Of a stretch of DNA of 64,000 nt, positions 30,540 through 38,976 are shown piece by piece (within the stretch, counting starts at the first letter, position 1; each line of letters starts with the position of its first letter). The translations under genes were made by a program, and so were the position numbers. The DNA is from a virus. The notes under the pieces were generated by a model. It worked only from the letters and a program-made list of their open reading frames with translations. It did no database searches and was not told the DNA's origin. Where the stretch lies: IMG/VR virus record IMGVR_UViG_3300045988_179014, positions 160,001-224,000 of that record; one strand, given 5' to 3'.

Positions 30540-30593
30540 CTAGTTATCCTCACGGAATTTGTCAGTTAGGAATGGTAGTAATTGGTTAGTGTC

Positions 30594-30643
30594 ATAAAAA
30601 CGAAACACAGTCAATACTCGCAAGGAAAATATCGACTGTGTTT
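30594..30643 (-). terminator. Intrinsic terminator after phoH-like gene
   Basis: A 10-bp stem AAACACAGTC/GACTGTGTTT is followed on the minus sense by CGTTTTTATG. Confidence 0.5.
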
Positions 30644-30663
30644 CTTAGTTAAGGATAACAGAC

Positions 30664-32070
30664 TCAGCTTTCTAAAATCCTGGAAGCCAGCTCAGCCACC
30701 TCTGACCTTTCAGTACGCACCAAAGTAATATGTGCAAATAATTTATTAGTTTTCAAATCTTCAATAACCGACCAAATGTCAGCATGTTTCCCAGACTGTA
30801 GGAACCGGTTGTCAACTTGAGCAGCATCAAATGTCAACACTACTTTGGAATCCTGTCCAACTCGGGAAAGAATGTTCAAAATTTCGGAACGTGAGAAATT
30901 CTGCGCTTCTTCCAGAATGATAAAAGTATTGGCCAAGGAACGTCCTCGTAAATATGTGATAGGAGAAATCTCAACTATTTCACGGAATTGTTTCACTAAT
31001 GATTGTTCCGCATTGGCTAGCACATCTATGGCGTCAAAAACTGCTCCTGCCCATGCTTCCATTTTTTCATCAACATTACCTGGCAAGAATCCCATTTCTT
31101 GTCCCTGCCCCATTTCATGCAAAGAACGAAAAACAATCACTTTTTGATAATTTCCCGCCTGCCATTCATCAATAGCACTAGCAACGGCAAGTAAAGTTTT
31201 TCCAGTACCAGCGCTTCCACCCAAAGACACGATAGGGACATCACAAGCTGCTGATTTAAGATATGCCACTGCAACATCTTGCTCTTTCGTTCTGGCAACA
31301 ACTCTAGCTGCTCGGGTTTTTCGTTTCAATGGCTCCAAACGACTCCCATGAAGTACACCACTGATTAAATAATTACCTTCTACAGTAATAGTAACCAAAG
31401 CATTGTACGAATGGTTCTCGGGTAAATGAGAAAGAACGGTATTGTCTAAGTTAGTTGGAAATTGTTTACCATCATATTGTGCAAACACTGAATTAACATA
31501 TTCATCATTTGTCAAATCAATATGATACTGCCCATCAAAAGGACCTGCTCCAATAATTTGCGTAGTATTGAATTCAAATGCCTCCATTTTCAAATCCAAT
31601 GTTGCATGAAGACGCATAGGCATATCATTGGACAAAATGACTACTTTGTCTTTTTGGCTTTCTGAAACTTCTTCACGTAAATTATATGCTACAGCCAACA
31701 CCGTACTATCATTGGATTGGTCCTGAAGGTGTAAAGGTAATCGTTTCTGCACTGAATGGTTGGGTTCCACTCGCAGAAGAATATTCTTTTTTGTATCAAT
31801 TATTACACCAGTTGACAATTGAATACCATATTGTACACGTTTTTCTTCCAGTAATCGCAACCATTCACGAGCCAAGAAACCGATAGTGGTGTGAGCCCGT
31901 TTATCTTCTAATTCTGAAACAACCACTGCTGGAATTACTAGTTCACAATTTTCCAGAACGTTGAGAAGTTCAGTGCCAGCTATGAGTAGTGATGATGTAT
32001 CTGCTACAATCACTTTTTCTTTGAGTGATTCCGAAAGCGATAGTGGATTATGCTGGGAATCAATGGTCAT
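30664..32070 (-). CDS. phoH: PhoH-like ATPase with N-terminal PIN domain (YlaK-type)
   Basis: 'VSLGGSAGTGKTLLAVASAIDEW' is a PhoH P-loop. 'FIILEEAQN' is the Walker B. The N-terminal region of about 140 aa, with 'VIVADTSSLL...NDMPMRL', is PIN-like. Confidence 0.85.
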   Translation of the reverse strand: MTIDSQHNPLSLSESLKEKVIVADTSSLLIAGTELLNVLENCELVIPAVVVSELEDKRAHTTIGFLAREWLRLLEEKRVQYGIQLSTGVIIDTKKNILLRVEPNHSVQKRLPLHLQDQSNDSTVLAVAYNLREEVSESQKDKVVILSNDMPMRLHATLDLKMEAFEFNTTQIIGAGPFDGQYHIDLTNDEYVNSVFAQYDGKQFPTNLDNTVLSHLPENHSYNALVTITVEGNYLISGVLHGSRLEPLKRKTRAARVVARTKEQDVAVAYLKSAACDVPIVSLGGSAGTGKTLLAVASAIDEWQAGNYQKVIVFRSLHEMGQGQEMGFLPGNVDEKMEAWAGAVFDAIDVLANAEQSLVKQFREIVEISPITYLRGRSLANTFIILEEAQNFSRSEILNILSRVGQDSKVVLTFDAAQVDNRFLQSGKHADIWSVIEDLKTNKLFAHITLVRTERSEVAELASRILES

Positions 32071-32130
32071 TATGGGTTCCTATCTTCAACGATGCTTAAA
32101 CACCAAAACCTGCGTATTCAGTTTTTGGAT

Positions 32131-32172
32131 GAAAAAGAGAGGGCAGGATTTTCTAACACCCATCCCTCTCTT
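32131..32172 (-). terminator. Intrinsic terminator after TadE-like gene pair
   Basis: A 9-bp stem AAGAGAGGG/CCCTCTCTT is followed on the minus sense by TTTTCATCC. An A-run precedes it on the plus strand, so it may act in both directions. Confidence 0.45.
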
Positions 32173-32213
32173 CACGATTTCATATTACCAAATTTAGTTC
32201 ATCACATTTGCAT

Positions 32214-32816
32214 TTACTTCAAGTCGCTATTGCTTCCGAATGCTACAGCACTAACACTGGATTTATGGGTTTGACAAGCAGGAAGACCAAAAACGCCAAA
32301 AAAGTTTGTTGATGTGGTGTAAACATCTGCTGAAATTACTCTATAAACATTACCGTTCAAAGAATGTTGAGGAATCGCCCCATTTCCTTCAATTGTCCAT
32401 GTACTGGTAACTTGTTTCTTGGCTCCACGTTCCGTTCCTAAAGTCACCACAATATATGGCATTTTTCGTTTCACACCATTGACGACAGCAGTGGAACACG
32501 CTTCCGAATTGTACACTTGAGTTTCCGCTGTGCTACCATCAGGTTTCAGTCCATACTGAGTGCGATACTCTCGTACAAAAGCTGATACGGCCTGATTTCC
32601 CAAACTACCAGTTGAATTCACTGATTTCACACCAGTTTCAACAGCTGTTTGTGCCATGGAAGCATAAGCACGGTCTGCATTCACTGATTTAGCGGTATCA
32701 ACAACAAAACCCATGGTAAGAACAAACAACGGAATAGCCAACAAGAACACCACTAAAACACTGTCACCACGGTCAGAGCGTAATCTAGCTTTCAAACGGT
32801 TCATCATTGTTCTCAC
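32214..32816 (-). CDS. TadE-like (Flp-pilus pseudopilin family) protein 2
   Basis: The N-terminus 'RLKARLRSDRGDSVLVVFLLAIPLFVLTMGFVVD' has the TadE pattern of R-G-S/D, a hydrophobic helix, then V-[DE]-F. It is paralogous to the adjacent gene. Confidence 0.6.
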   Translation of the reverse strand: MRTMMNRLKARLRSDRGDSVLVVFLLAIPLFVLTMGFVVDTAKSVNADRAYASMAQTAVETGVKSVNSTGSLGNQAVSAFVREYRTQYGLKPDGSTAETQVYNSEACSTAVVNGVKRKMPYIVVTLGTERGAKKQVTSTWTIEGNGAIPQHSLNGNVYRVISADVYTTSTNFFGVFGLPACQTHKSSVSAVAFGSNSDLK

Positions 32817-33370
32817 CTTTTGACAAGACTTGACTGGTCTAATTTTACTTCAGATTCAGCAGAACCCGCTGTGACACTCACATTGTCTTTGCGTACAATG
32901 GAGAAAAATGAACCGGCAATACCACCATATTCCCACTGCACTTCACAAGTGACTCGTTGTCCAATGAATGTTGTGACATTAGGAGTGCAATTAACACTTT
33001 TAACAGTTGCATTAACAATCCCATTGGACTCATTCAACCCACGAATAATGTTGCATTCAATAGGGGTGGAATTATTGGTGAAAGCATTACTGGCTATACC
33101 ACCACTCAATCCCGTACAGGCAGTTGCTCTACTTTGTCCATATTTTGCTTCGATTGGTGTTCCCATAGTAGCAGTACCATCCCCACCCATGATTGCAACA
33201 GTACGAGCCCCATCACGAGCAACAGATTGAATTTGTGAACGATTGGTGAGATACAAACTAAAATCAACTGCTGTCACAATAAGCATGAACATTATGGGAA
33301 TTACAAAAACAGCTGACACCAACGAATCACCACGGTCAGACTTCAACCGTTTATAGAGTTTTTTAAACAT
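32813..33370 (-). CDS. TadE-like (Flp-pilus pseudopilin family) protein 1
   Basis: 'KRLKSDRGDSLVSAVFVIPIMFMLIVTAVDFSLYLTNRSQIQSVARDGARTVA' matches the TadE consensus '...AVEFALVLPLLLLLLFGIIEFGR...L.HAAREGAR'. Confidence 0.65.
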   Translation of the reverse strand: MFKKLYKRLKSDRGDSLVSAVFVIPIMFMLIVTAVDFSLYLTNRSQIQSVARDGARTVAIMGGDGTATMGTPIEAKYGQSRATACTGLSGGIASNAFTNNSTPIECNIIRGLNESNGIVNATVKSVNCTPNVTTFIGQRVTCEVQWEYGGIAGSFFSIVRKDNVSVTAGSAESEVKLDQSSLVKR

Positions 33371-33430
33371 GAAACACGTCCCTGAAGAATAATCGAATCT
33401 AAAGCAGCAATATCAAGGCACAATAAACAT

Positions 33431-34291
33431 TTATGCAAACTGCCTCAATTGTTCATTCTCGGCACGTAATTTACGAATTTCATCCATATAGTTGACACAT
33501 TGTGAGCATTCATAAATAGCGGGCGGAGTACCCCAACCATTGTTTGCCACTTCAATAATTGACACATAGAATCGACGTTTGGCATCAAGACTCATATGTG
33601 CATCAGCTGTGGAGTTGGGCTCTAAACCAAAAATCATCATACGAAGATAGTCGCTGGATGAAATACACAAACGCTGTGCTCGCCATTTGACGGTTTCTGC
33701 TTCAGGCATTGACATACGTCCTGATAACCGGTTGTTTCGTTTCTCATTCTGAGCTACTAAACGATTGAGTTGAGCATTGATTTCAGCAATACGATTAGCA
33801 TATAGAGCCACCTCGTCTGCATCGTCCTCTTCATCCATCAACACCGCTAATTCCAATTTCGATTGACGTAAGAAAGACTGATTCTTTACAGTATCCTCTA
33901 TCTCTTTCAAAGTTTTTTCAGCAATTTCGCGCCAACCGTTGATGTCTACAGTTCCCAAAGCGCGATTACGGATGAATTGTGACATTGTAATTTTCTCACC
34001 AGCTGCTTTCACCGCTTTTAGTTCTTGGTCCAATGACACACGTTCCTGAGTGGTGACTGTGATGGACACGCGCTGGTCTAAAGGGGCACCACGTCGTTTC
34101 CGGTTGGAGACTCGCGGTTTCCAGTCTTTGAATAAATCAATCATCTCATTGTAGCCCAGTTCCTCCAAAACCTTGAGTTTGTCGTCAACTGACATAACTT
34201 CTGTTGCTACTGTATAACGGTTGTTGGCATTTTGGGCTTGATGCTCTTTGAAACGTTTGGCAACATTGATACGATGACTGTTAGAACTCAT
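33431..34291 (-). CDS. Hypothetical cytoplasmic protein (coiled-coil; Cys pair CSQC near C-terminus)
   Basis: 286 aa with no recognised motif. It sits in the transfer-module context. Confidence 0.4.
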   Translation of the reverse strand: MSSNSHRINVAKRFKEHQAQNANNRYTVATEVMSVDDKLKVLEELGYNEMIDLFKDWKPRVSNRKRRGAPLDQRVSITVTTQERVSLDQELKAVKAAGEKITMSQFIRNRALGTVDINGWREIAEKTLKEIEDTVKNQSFLRQSKLELAVLMDEEDDADEVALYANRIAEINAQLNRLVAQNEKRNNRLSGRMSMPEAETVKWRAQRLCISSSDYLRMMIFGLEPNSTADAHMSLDAKRRFYVSIIEVANNGWGTPPAIYECSQCVNYMDEIRKLRAENEQLRQFA

Positions 34292-34331
34292 ATTGCCTCT
34301 CCATTGGGTTTGATGCTAGGGAATGTGTGTT

Positions 34332-35150
34332 TTATGAACTGCATTGTTGCAACCCTTTTTCCAGAGCATTTTTATCATTGTTACTGATTGATACGCCATA
34401 TTTACTGGCGGTATTTACCCACATTTTAGAATACGTACACTGAAAATTCTGATTGGGTGGCATATATTCGCCAGGCCCTTTATCTGATTTGGAACGGTTT
34501 TCAGATGCGGAAACTGCCAATAGCTGAGAAGTATCATTGGCGAACTCTTGTTTCTTCTCCACGGACCAGCTTTGACCCCCATGGGAAGCAGCGTAACCCA
34601 ATGGAATCACATGGTCAATGTCCAAAGAACCAGGTTTATCTATGGTTTTGCCACTGTATGGGTCTATCCATGTTCCTGATAAAGGTTTACATGTGGTTGG
34701 GTCTGTTTTTACATCTTGACCTTGATTCTGTAGCACAGTTTCCCGAGTATTACAGGGGGAACCTATCCAATGTTTCCATTCAGAACGTTTGTACTCAACT
34801 TTCTGAGCGTCTGCAACTGGTAGAGCCTCCAATGCCGCCAAGTTCGCATCTTTACTCCCTTCCTGTGACGATGTGCTAGTTGGATTGCTTCCTGTCCCAG
34901 TGTTAGTGGAATTGTCATCATCCTTCATATTTGAGTCAGGTATCGAAGGTTTTGTTTGACAGTTCCATTCCAGACTGCCAGCACCACAACCCCAAACATT
35001 GTCAGACCAACCACGGAAGAAATCATATAGCCCACGAATTGAATTGATGTTGTTGGCTTTGGCAATACCAAACAACGCACCCACCAAAATGACCAATACA
35101 ATTCCACTGACTATAGCGCCTTTGAATCCTCCACTGTTCTTTTTCGCCAT
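34332..35150 (-). CDS. Membrane-anchored extracytoplasmic HNH/His-Me-finger nuclease (DUF1524-like)
   Basis: The TM is 'GAIVSGIVLVILVGALFGIA', followed by a linker rich in S and T. The C-terminal 'LDIDHVIPLGYAASHGG...NRSKSDKGPGEYMPP' matches the DUF1524 pattern 'D-x-D-H-I-x-P...N-x-x-K...E-W-x-P'. Confidence 0.55.
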   Translation of the reverse strand: MAKKNSGGFKGAIVSGIVLVILVGALFGIAKANNINSIRGLYDFFRGWSDNVWGCGAGSLEWNCQTKPSIPDSNMKDDDNSTNTGTGSNPTSTSSQEGSKDANLAALEALPVADAQKVEYKRSEWKHWIGSPCNTRETVLQNQGQDVKTDPTTCKPLSGTWIDPYSGKTIDKPGSLDIDHVIPLGYAASHGGQSWSVEKKQEFANDTSQLLAVSASENRSKSDKGPGEYMPPNQNFQCTYSKMWVNTASKYGVSISNNDKNALEKGLQQCSS

Positions 35151-35161
35151 TTCAAGACCTC

Positions 35162-36559
35162 TCAGTCAGTTCCAAAAACTAGGTCACCAACATCTGATGA
35201 AAAATTCATGCCAGATGTGGAAAGTACATCCAAGTTGGTAATTTGACTAAACGCTTGAACACGATGAGTATCTCCAGGCATTTGCTCCAAAAACAGTTGA
35301 GCTTGGTCTCCAGCAGTCCATTGAAGCAGAATCCCTAAATCATCATAACTTTGCTTCAATTTGGAACAGTATTCTCGCAGTGTTTCTTCTGTAGGGGCTT
35401 CAACAACGATTCGGTAAGAACCTTCCACCCATGGGGTTTTATCAGCTGCAAGCATCTCCGACAGCCTGTGAATGTCATCCAACGCTTGGGCCACATCAGC
35501 TGGGAAACTATCAACGGCAGAATCCAAAGAGTTCTGTGCTGCTGAAATGTTTTCCAATTCGTCTTTCTGCTCTTTCTTCTTCTTTTCCAATTCCAGTTTC
35601 ATTTTCTGGTTTGGATGTAATGTGAATCGGGAGTAACAGGTAAATGGAGCGCCTAAACGCGAAGGAAAATACAGGAAGGGAATACCCGCAGGATAATAAA
35701 TGTCTTTGGGGAATTTGGCGAAACTCAAAGTAGCACGATAACCTGACACTTCAACATCATCAAACATCTGAGTAATTTTCAACCAACGGTACTTGTTCTC
35801 AATGGCCGAACCCACTTCAAGGTCAATATCTCCAGGGCCAATCCGGTTTTCGTGGTCAACATCAAGATATGGTGCAGGCATGGCAGGGTAGAATTGCCGT
35901 TTTATTAACAGTAGAATTTCTTCGGATGTGACTCGTTGTGCTTTGAGATGACCAATTGACAAAATACGGAAAAGCTCTTCTTCCTTTTTCCGTGCATCAT
36001 TTTCTTCTTGTGCTGACACTGCTTCAGTAGGTGTCTGAATTATTGTGTCCATCCATGTTTTGAGGGTTTCCATAGCGCCCTTGAAGCCGCTTTCGAAAAC
36101 ATTCAATCCAGCCATGTTCAAAGCGCCACGTTTACCTAAATTAACGCCCAGGAAAGTCATTTTCTTCATATATTGACGGTTTTTCAGATACATGATTTGC
36201 TCTTCAACGTATCGTTCAAAACCAGGACCTGTTTTCCAATCTTTTGAAACTTCTTTTATCTGTTCAGCCCAGGCGTCAACATCTACTGGTGCTGATGTGA
36301 TAATGAGCTGGCATTCGATTGGTTCTTGTTTTTCTGTCATGAGGTTGTTGAAAGCATTGGAAATTCTCATGGCCAAAGCAACTTTTTGCTCAGATGACAG
36401 AAAATCATAAACATTGTTGCTCAACTGGTAATAAGCATAACTATCAGTTTGACTGAATACAATATTGTCAATTACTGCAACAGCTGAAATACCTAACCTT
36501 TTACGATTGTTGGACGACTTGTTCTTTTTGTTTTTCTCGGTCGTCTTTGTGGTTGCCAT
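35162..36559 (-). CDS. Hypothetical cytoplasmic protein of transfer module
   Basis: 465 aa with a basic N-terminus. No recognised motif. Confidence 0.45.
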   Translation of the reverse strand: MATTKTTEKNKKNKSSNNRKRLGISAVAVIDNIVFSQTDSYAYYQLSNNVYDFLSSEQKVALAMRISNAFNNLMTEKQEPIECQLIITSAPVDVDAWAEQIKEVSKDWKTGPGFERYVEEQIMYLKNRQYMKKMTFLGVNLGKRGALNMAGLNVFESGFKGAMETLKTWMDTIIQTPTEAVSAQEENDARKKEEELFRILSIGHLKAQRVTSEEILLLIKRQFYPAMPAPYLDVDHENRIGPGDIDLEVGSAIENKYRWLKITQMFDDVEVSGYRATLSFAKFPKDIYYPAGIPFLYFPSRLGAPFTCYSRFTLHPNQKMKLELEKKKKEQKDELENISAAQNSLDSAVDSFPADVAQALDDIHRLSEMLAADKTPWVEGSYRIVVEAPTEETLREYCSKLKQSYDDLGILLQWTAGDQAQLFLEQMPGDTHRVQAFSQITNLDVLSTSGMNFSSDVGDLVFGTD

Positions 36560-36644
36560 TAATTCTCCTTGCAGAATTGCGCGAACATATGCTGTACTCT
36601 ATACGGGTCAATATCAACTTAAGCGCACACCTATAAACATTTGT

Positions 36645-36682
36645 ATACAACAAAAGAGGCAGGTTTAACACCTGCCTCTTTT
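36645..36682 (-). terminator. Strong intrinsic terminator immediately after small membrane-protein gene
   Basis: A 13-bp stem AAAAGAGGCAGGT/ACCTGCCTCTTTT with a 5-nt loop is followed on the minus sense by TTTTGTTGT. Confidence 0.55.
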
Positions 36683-36710
36683 GCCCTTCTCCAGTGGTCA
36701 GTAGGAAAAA

Positions 36711-37070
36711 TCAATCGGAGAAGTTGTTAGGTAGTTCTGCAAAAGATACTCCAGGTACAGTAACAAGATTTGCACTATTCACCATGTTGATGTCTTTAGC
36801 AGCATTCTTAGCAACGCCAGTCAAACCAGAATCCTTGTTACCAAAGATTTCAGAACCAGCGAAGATTAGAACACCAACCACAGCCGCAATACCAACGAAT
36901 GCCAACAATTTCATCCAAGCACGGTCTTTAAGGAAAAAAATAGCAAAGATAGCAACTGCTGCCAAATAGATAGGGGTGAGCCAGCCTTTAAGGACATTGT
37001 TCCACAAGTCAACAAGACCCGCAGCTGGAATCTCAATTGTCATTTGTTGTAAAGTGTTGAAAATTTCCAT
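36711..37070 (-). CDS. Small two-helix membrane protein (candidate pilin / VirB2-VirB3-like T4SS subunit)
   Basis: The 119-aa protein has two hydrophobic helices, 'WLTPIYLAAVAIFAIFFL' and 'LLAFVGIAAVVGVLIFAGSEIF'. Its gene is followed by a strong terminator, as is typical of highly expressed pilin genes. Confidence 0.4.
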   Translation of the reverse strand: MEIFNTLQQMTIEIPAAGLVDLWNNVLKGWLTPIYLAAVAIFAIFFLKDRAWMKLLAFVGIAAVVGVLIFAGSEIFGNKDSGLTGVAKNAAKDINMVNSANLVTVPGVSFAELPNNFSD

Positions 37071-37183
37071 TGTTCCTGCTCCATGTAGAAGGTTTATTTA
37101 AATCAGATGCAACATCTTTTCTAATTGTTGTAAACTCAATTCTGTTTGCAATATCGAAATGATTGCTGTTTAAACAAAACAAT

Positions 37184-38923
37184 TTATCGTGGCGAACTTG
37201 ATGAACTGGGTTTGCTTTCAGATGATGGTTCTGATGATGTTGCTTCCCCTTCTTTGGCTACATAAAATTGTGGAGAGAATTTGGATACCAAGTATTTTCC
37301 ATTTGCTTGTTTAACCAGTGTCATCACATATGTGGATGTGTATTCCAAACGTGCTGCGGAATCTGCTGTTCCCAATGAAGTACGCCAATTTACACGTACA
37401 CTAACTTTGACCATACTTGGGTCATTAGTTGGATATGCTTCATATTTGACTGCATCATTCATGTCCCCAGCAAATGTGTACGTACCATTTAAACCTTTGA
37501 GCAGTTCAACTGGTGGATTAGTGACAACATATTGGTCTAAAGTCGTATGATTAGATGGAGAGGATTTGGCATAACCCTCCAAGAATCCATAAACCACGGA
37601 TTGCAATGATTTGGCCAATGCTTGGTCAGATTCTCCCGTCCCTAATGGAGCTGAAGAGGGAATTTCAGAACTTTGACCCACTTCTGCTGCTGGAACCACT
37701 GTTGGGGAATCCTTGGTGATGGAGAAATTCCCGGACCCAGCATTGTAGTAAACATTCACATTGAAGAATTGCCAACGAGGTTGTGTACCCGCAGGAGTGT
37801 CGCCAGCCGCCAAAGCAGGCTGTACAAGAGCCCCAATGGTGTACCGAGCTGAATAATCAGTCAATGCTTTAGACTCGTACACTGTAGGGCCGTATAGAAT
37901 AGTTTGTTGGAAACCTTTTGCAGCAGTTCTGTTCTCATTGTCCCCGTTACCCATGGTGCCACTGTAGTAATACCCCAATACCTGTTGAGACACAGAATCC
38001 GAATTAACCGTGAGATAAGCCTTCATGAAATCGGTTGCAAATCCACGACCTGACTCCAAAGGAAAGTTAGTCAAACCAGTGGTATCTTTCACTATTTCCT
38101 GTATTTCAGCTGGAGTAACGGAATCTGCTGGGAAGAATGTTTTATAACCACCAAAACCAACAACAAGAAGAATCGCCCCAACAAAAATCGACTGCATTAT
38201 TTTACGGTTTTTCTGAAGATTCTTTCTGGGGTCCAAGTCGTGTTCTTTAATTTTTCGACCACCAAAAGGTTTCAGTTGTTTCTTCTTCTTGTCAATGAAA
38301 ACATTTTGACTATTATCGTCTTTTTCATTCTCATTGGTTGTTTTATTGGAAGCAGTTTTAGATGCACGTTTACCAAACAATTTCTTTTTAGTTGGTTGGG
38401 GTTCTTCCTCTGACAGGTCATCATCCAATGATTCAGATTCCAACATGTCATCATCTTCTGGCAGAACCGTTGAAACTGTGATAGGTTTTTGAGCTTCCCG
38501 AGCACGTCTTTGTTGTCTAGCGAATCGGCTTTGACGTGCTTGTTCAGCAGCTTCCTCTTCTTCCCATTCCAATTGCTCCTCAACAGACATGTCAACAAAA
38601 GTATCGTCTTCAGGCCCATCATAAGAATTAGCAACTGGAGGGCGTTGTGAGGACCATTTCAATCGTTCATATGCCATTCCGCGTTCATCAAAATCATACT
38701 GGTCAACATGAGTAGGGCGCCCTAATGCGATGTCAGGATTTTGTGTATTATTGGATTTATTGTTTGTGGGCATTCCCTGAATAGGAGGTAAACTCGCCTC
38801 ATCATCCATGGACGTTCTTGAGGATGGTTGTACAGGCATTCTGTTACCAGTAGCACGACTCATTGGACTGGTTCGCTGGTTTCTCCCTGGTACATTGTTT
38901 GGAAGTGGCATCAATAGCTCCAA
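37184..38923 (-). CDS. Bitopic protein with disordered acidic N-terminal half and C-terminal ectodomain (possible VirB8/TcpC-like)
   Basis: The central TM is 'IMQSIFVGAILLVVGFGGYKTFF'. The ectodomain of about 330 aa ends in 'ANGKYLVSKFSPQFYV'. Confidence 0.45.
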   Translation of the reverse strand: MELLMPLPNNVPGRNQRTSPMSRATGNRMPVQPSSRTSMDDEASLPPIQGMPTNNKSNNTQNPDIALGRPTHVDQYDFDERGMAYERLKWSSQRPPVANSYDGPEDDTFVDMSVEEQLEWEEEEAAEQARQSRFARQQRRAREAQKPITVSTVLPEDDDMLESESLDDDLSEEEPQPTKKKLFGKRASKTASNKTTNENEKDDNSQNVFIDKKKKQLKPFGGRKIKEHDLDPRKNLQKNRKIMQSIFVGAILLVVGFGGYKTFFPADSVTPAEIQEIVKDTTGLTNFPLESGRGFATDFMKAYLTVNSDSVSQQVLGYYYSGTMGNGDNENRTAAKGFQQTILYGPTVYESKALTDYSARYTIGALVQPALAAGDTPAGTQPRWQFFNVNVYYNAGSGNFSITKDSPTVVPAAEVGQSSEIPSSAPLGTGESDQALAKSLQSVVYGFLEGYAKSSPSNHTTLDQYVVTNPPVELLKGLNGTYTFAGDMNDAVKYEAYPTNDPSMVKVSVRVNWRTSLGTADSAARLEYTSTYVMTLVKQANGKYLVSKFSPQFYVAKEGEATSSEPSSESKPSSSSSPR

Positions 38924-38976
38924 TTGCTTGGTTTATTAGGCTAATGGCAATATCAATACCTAATACCAGCAAAACA

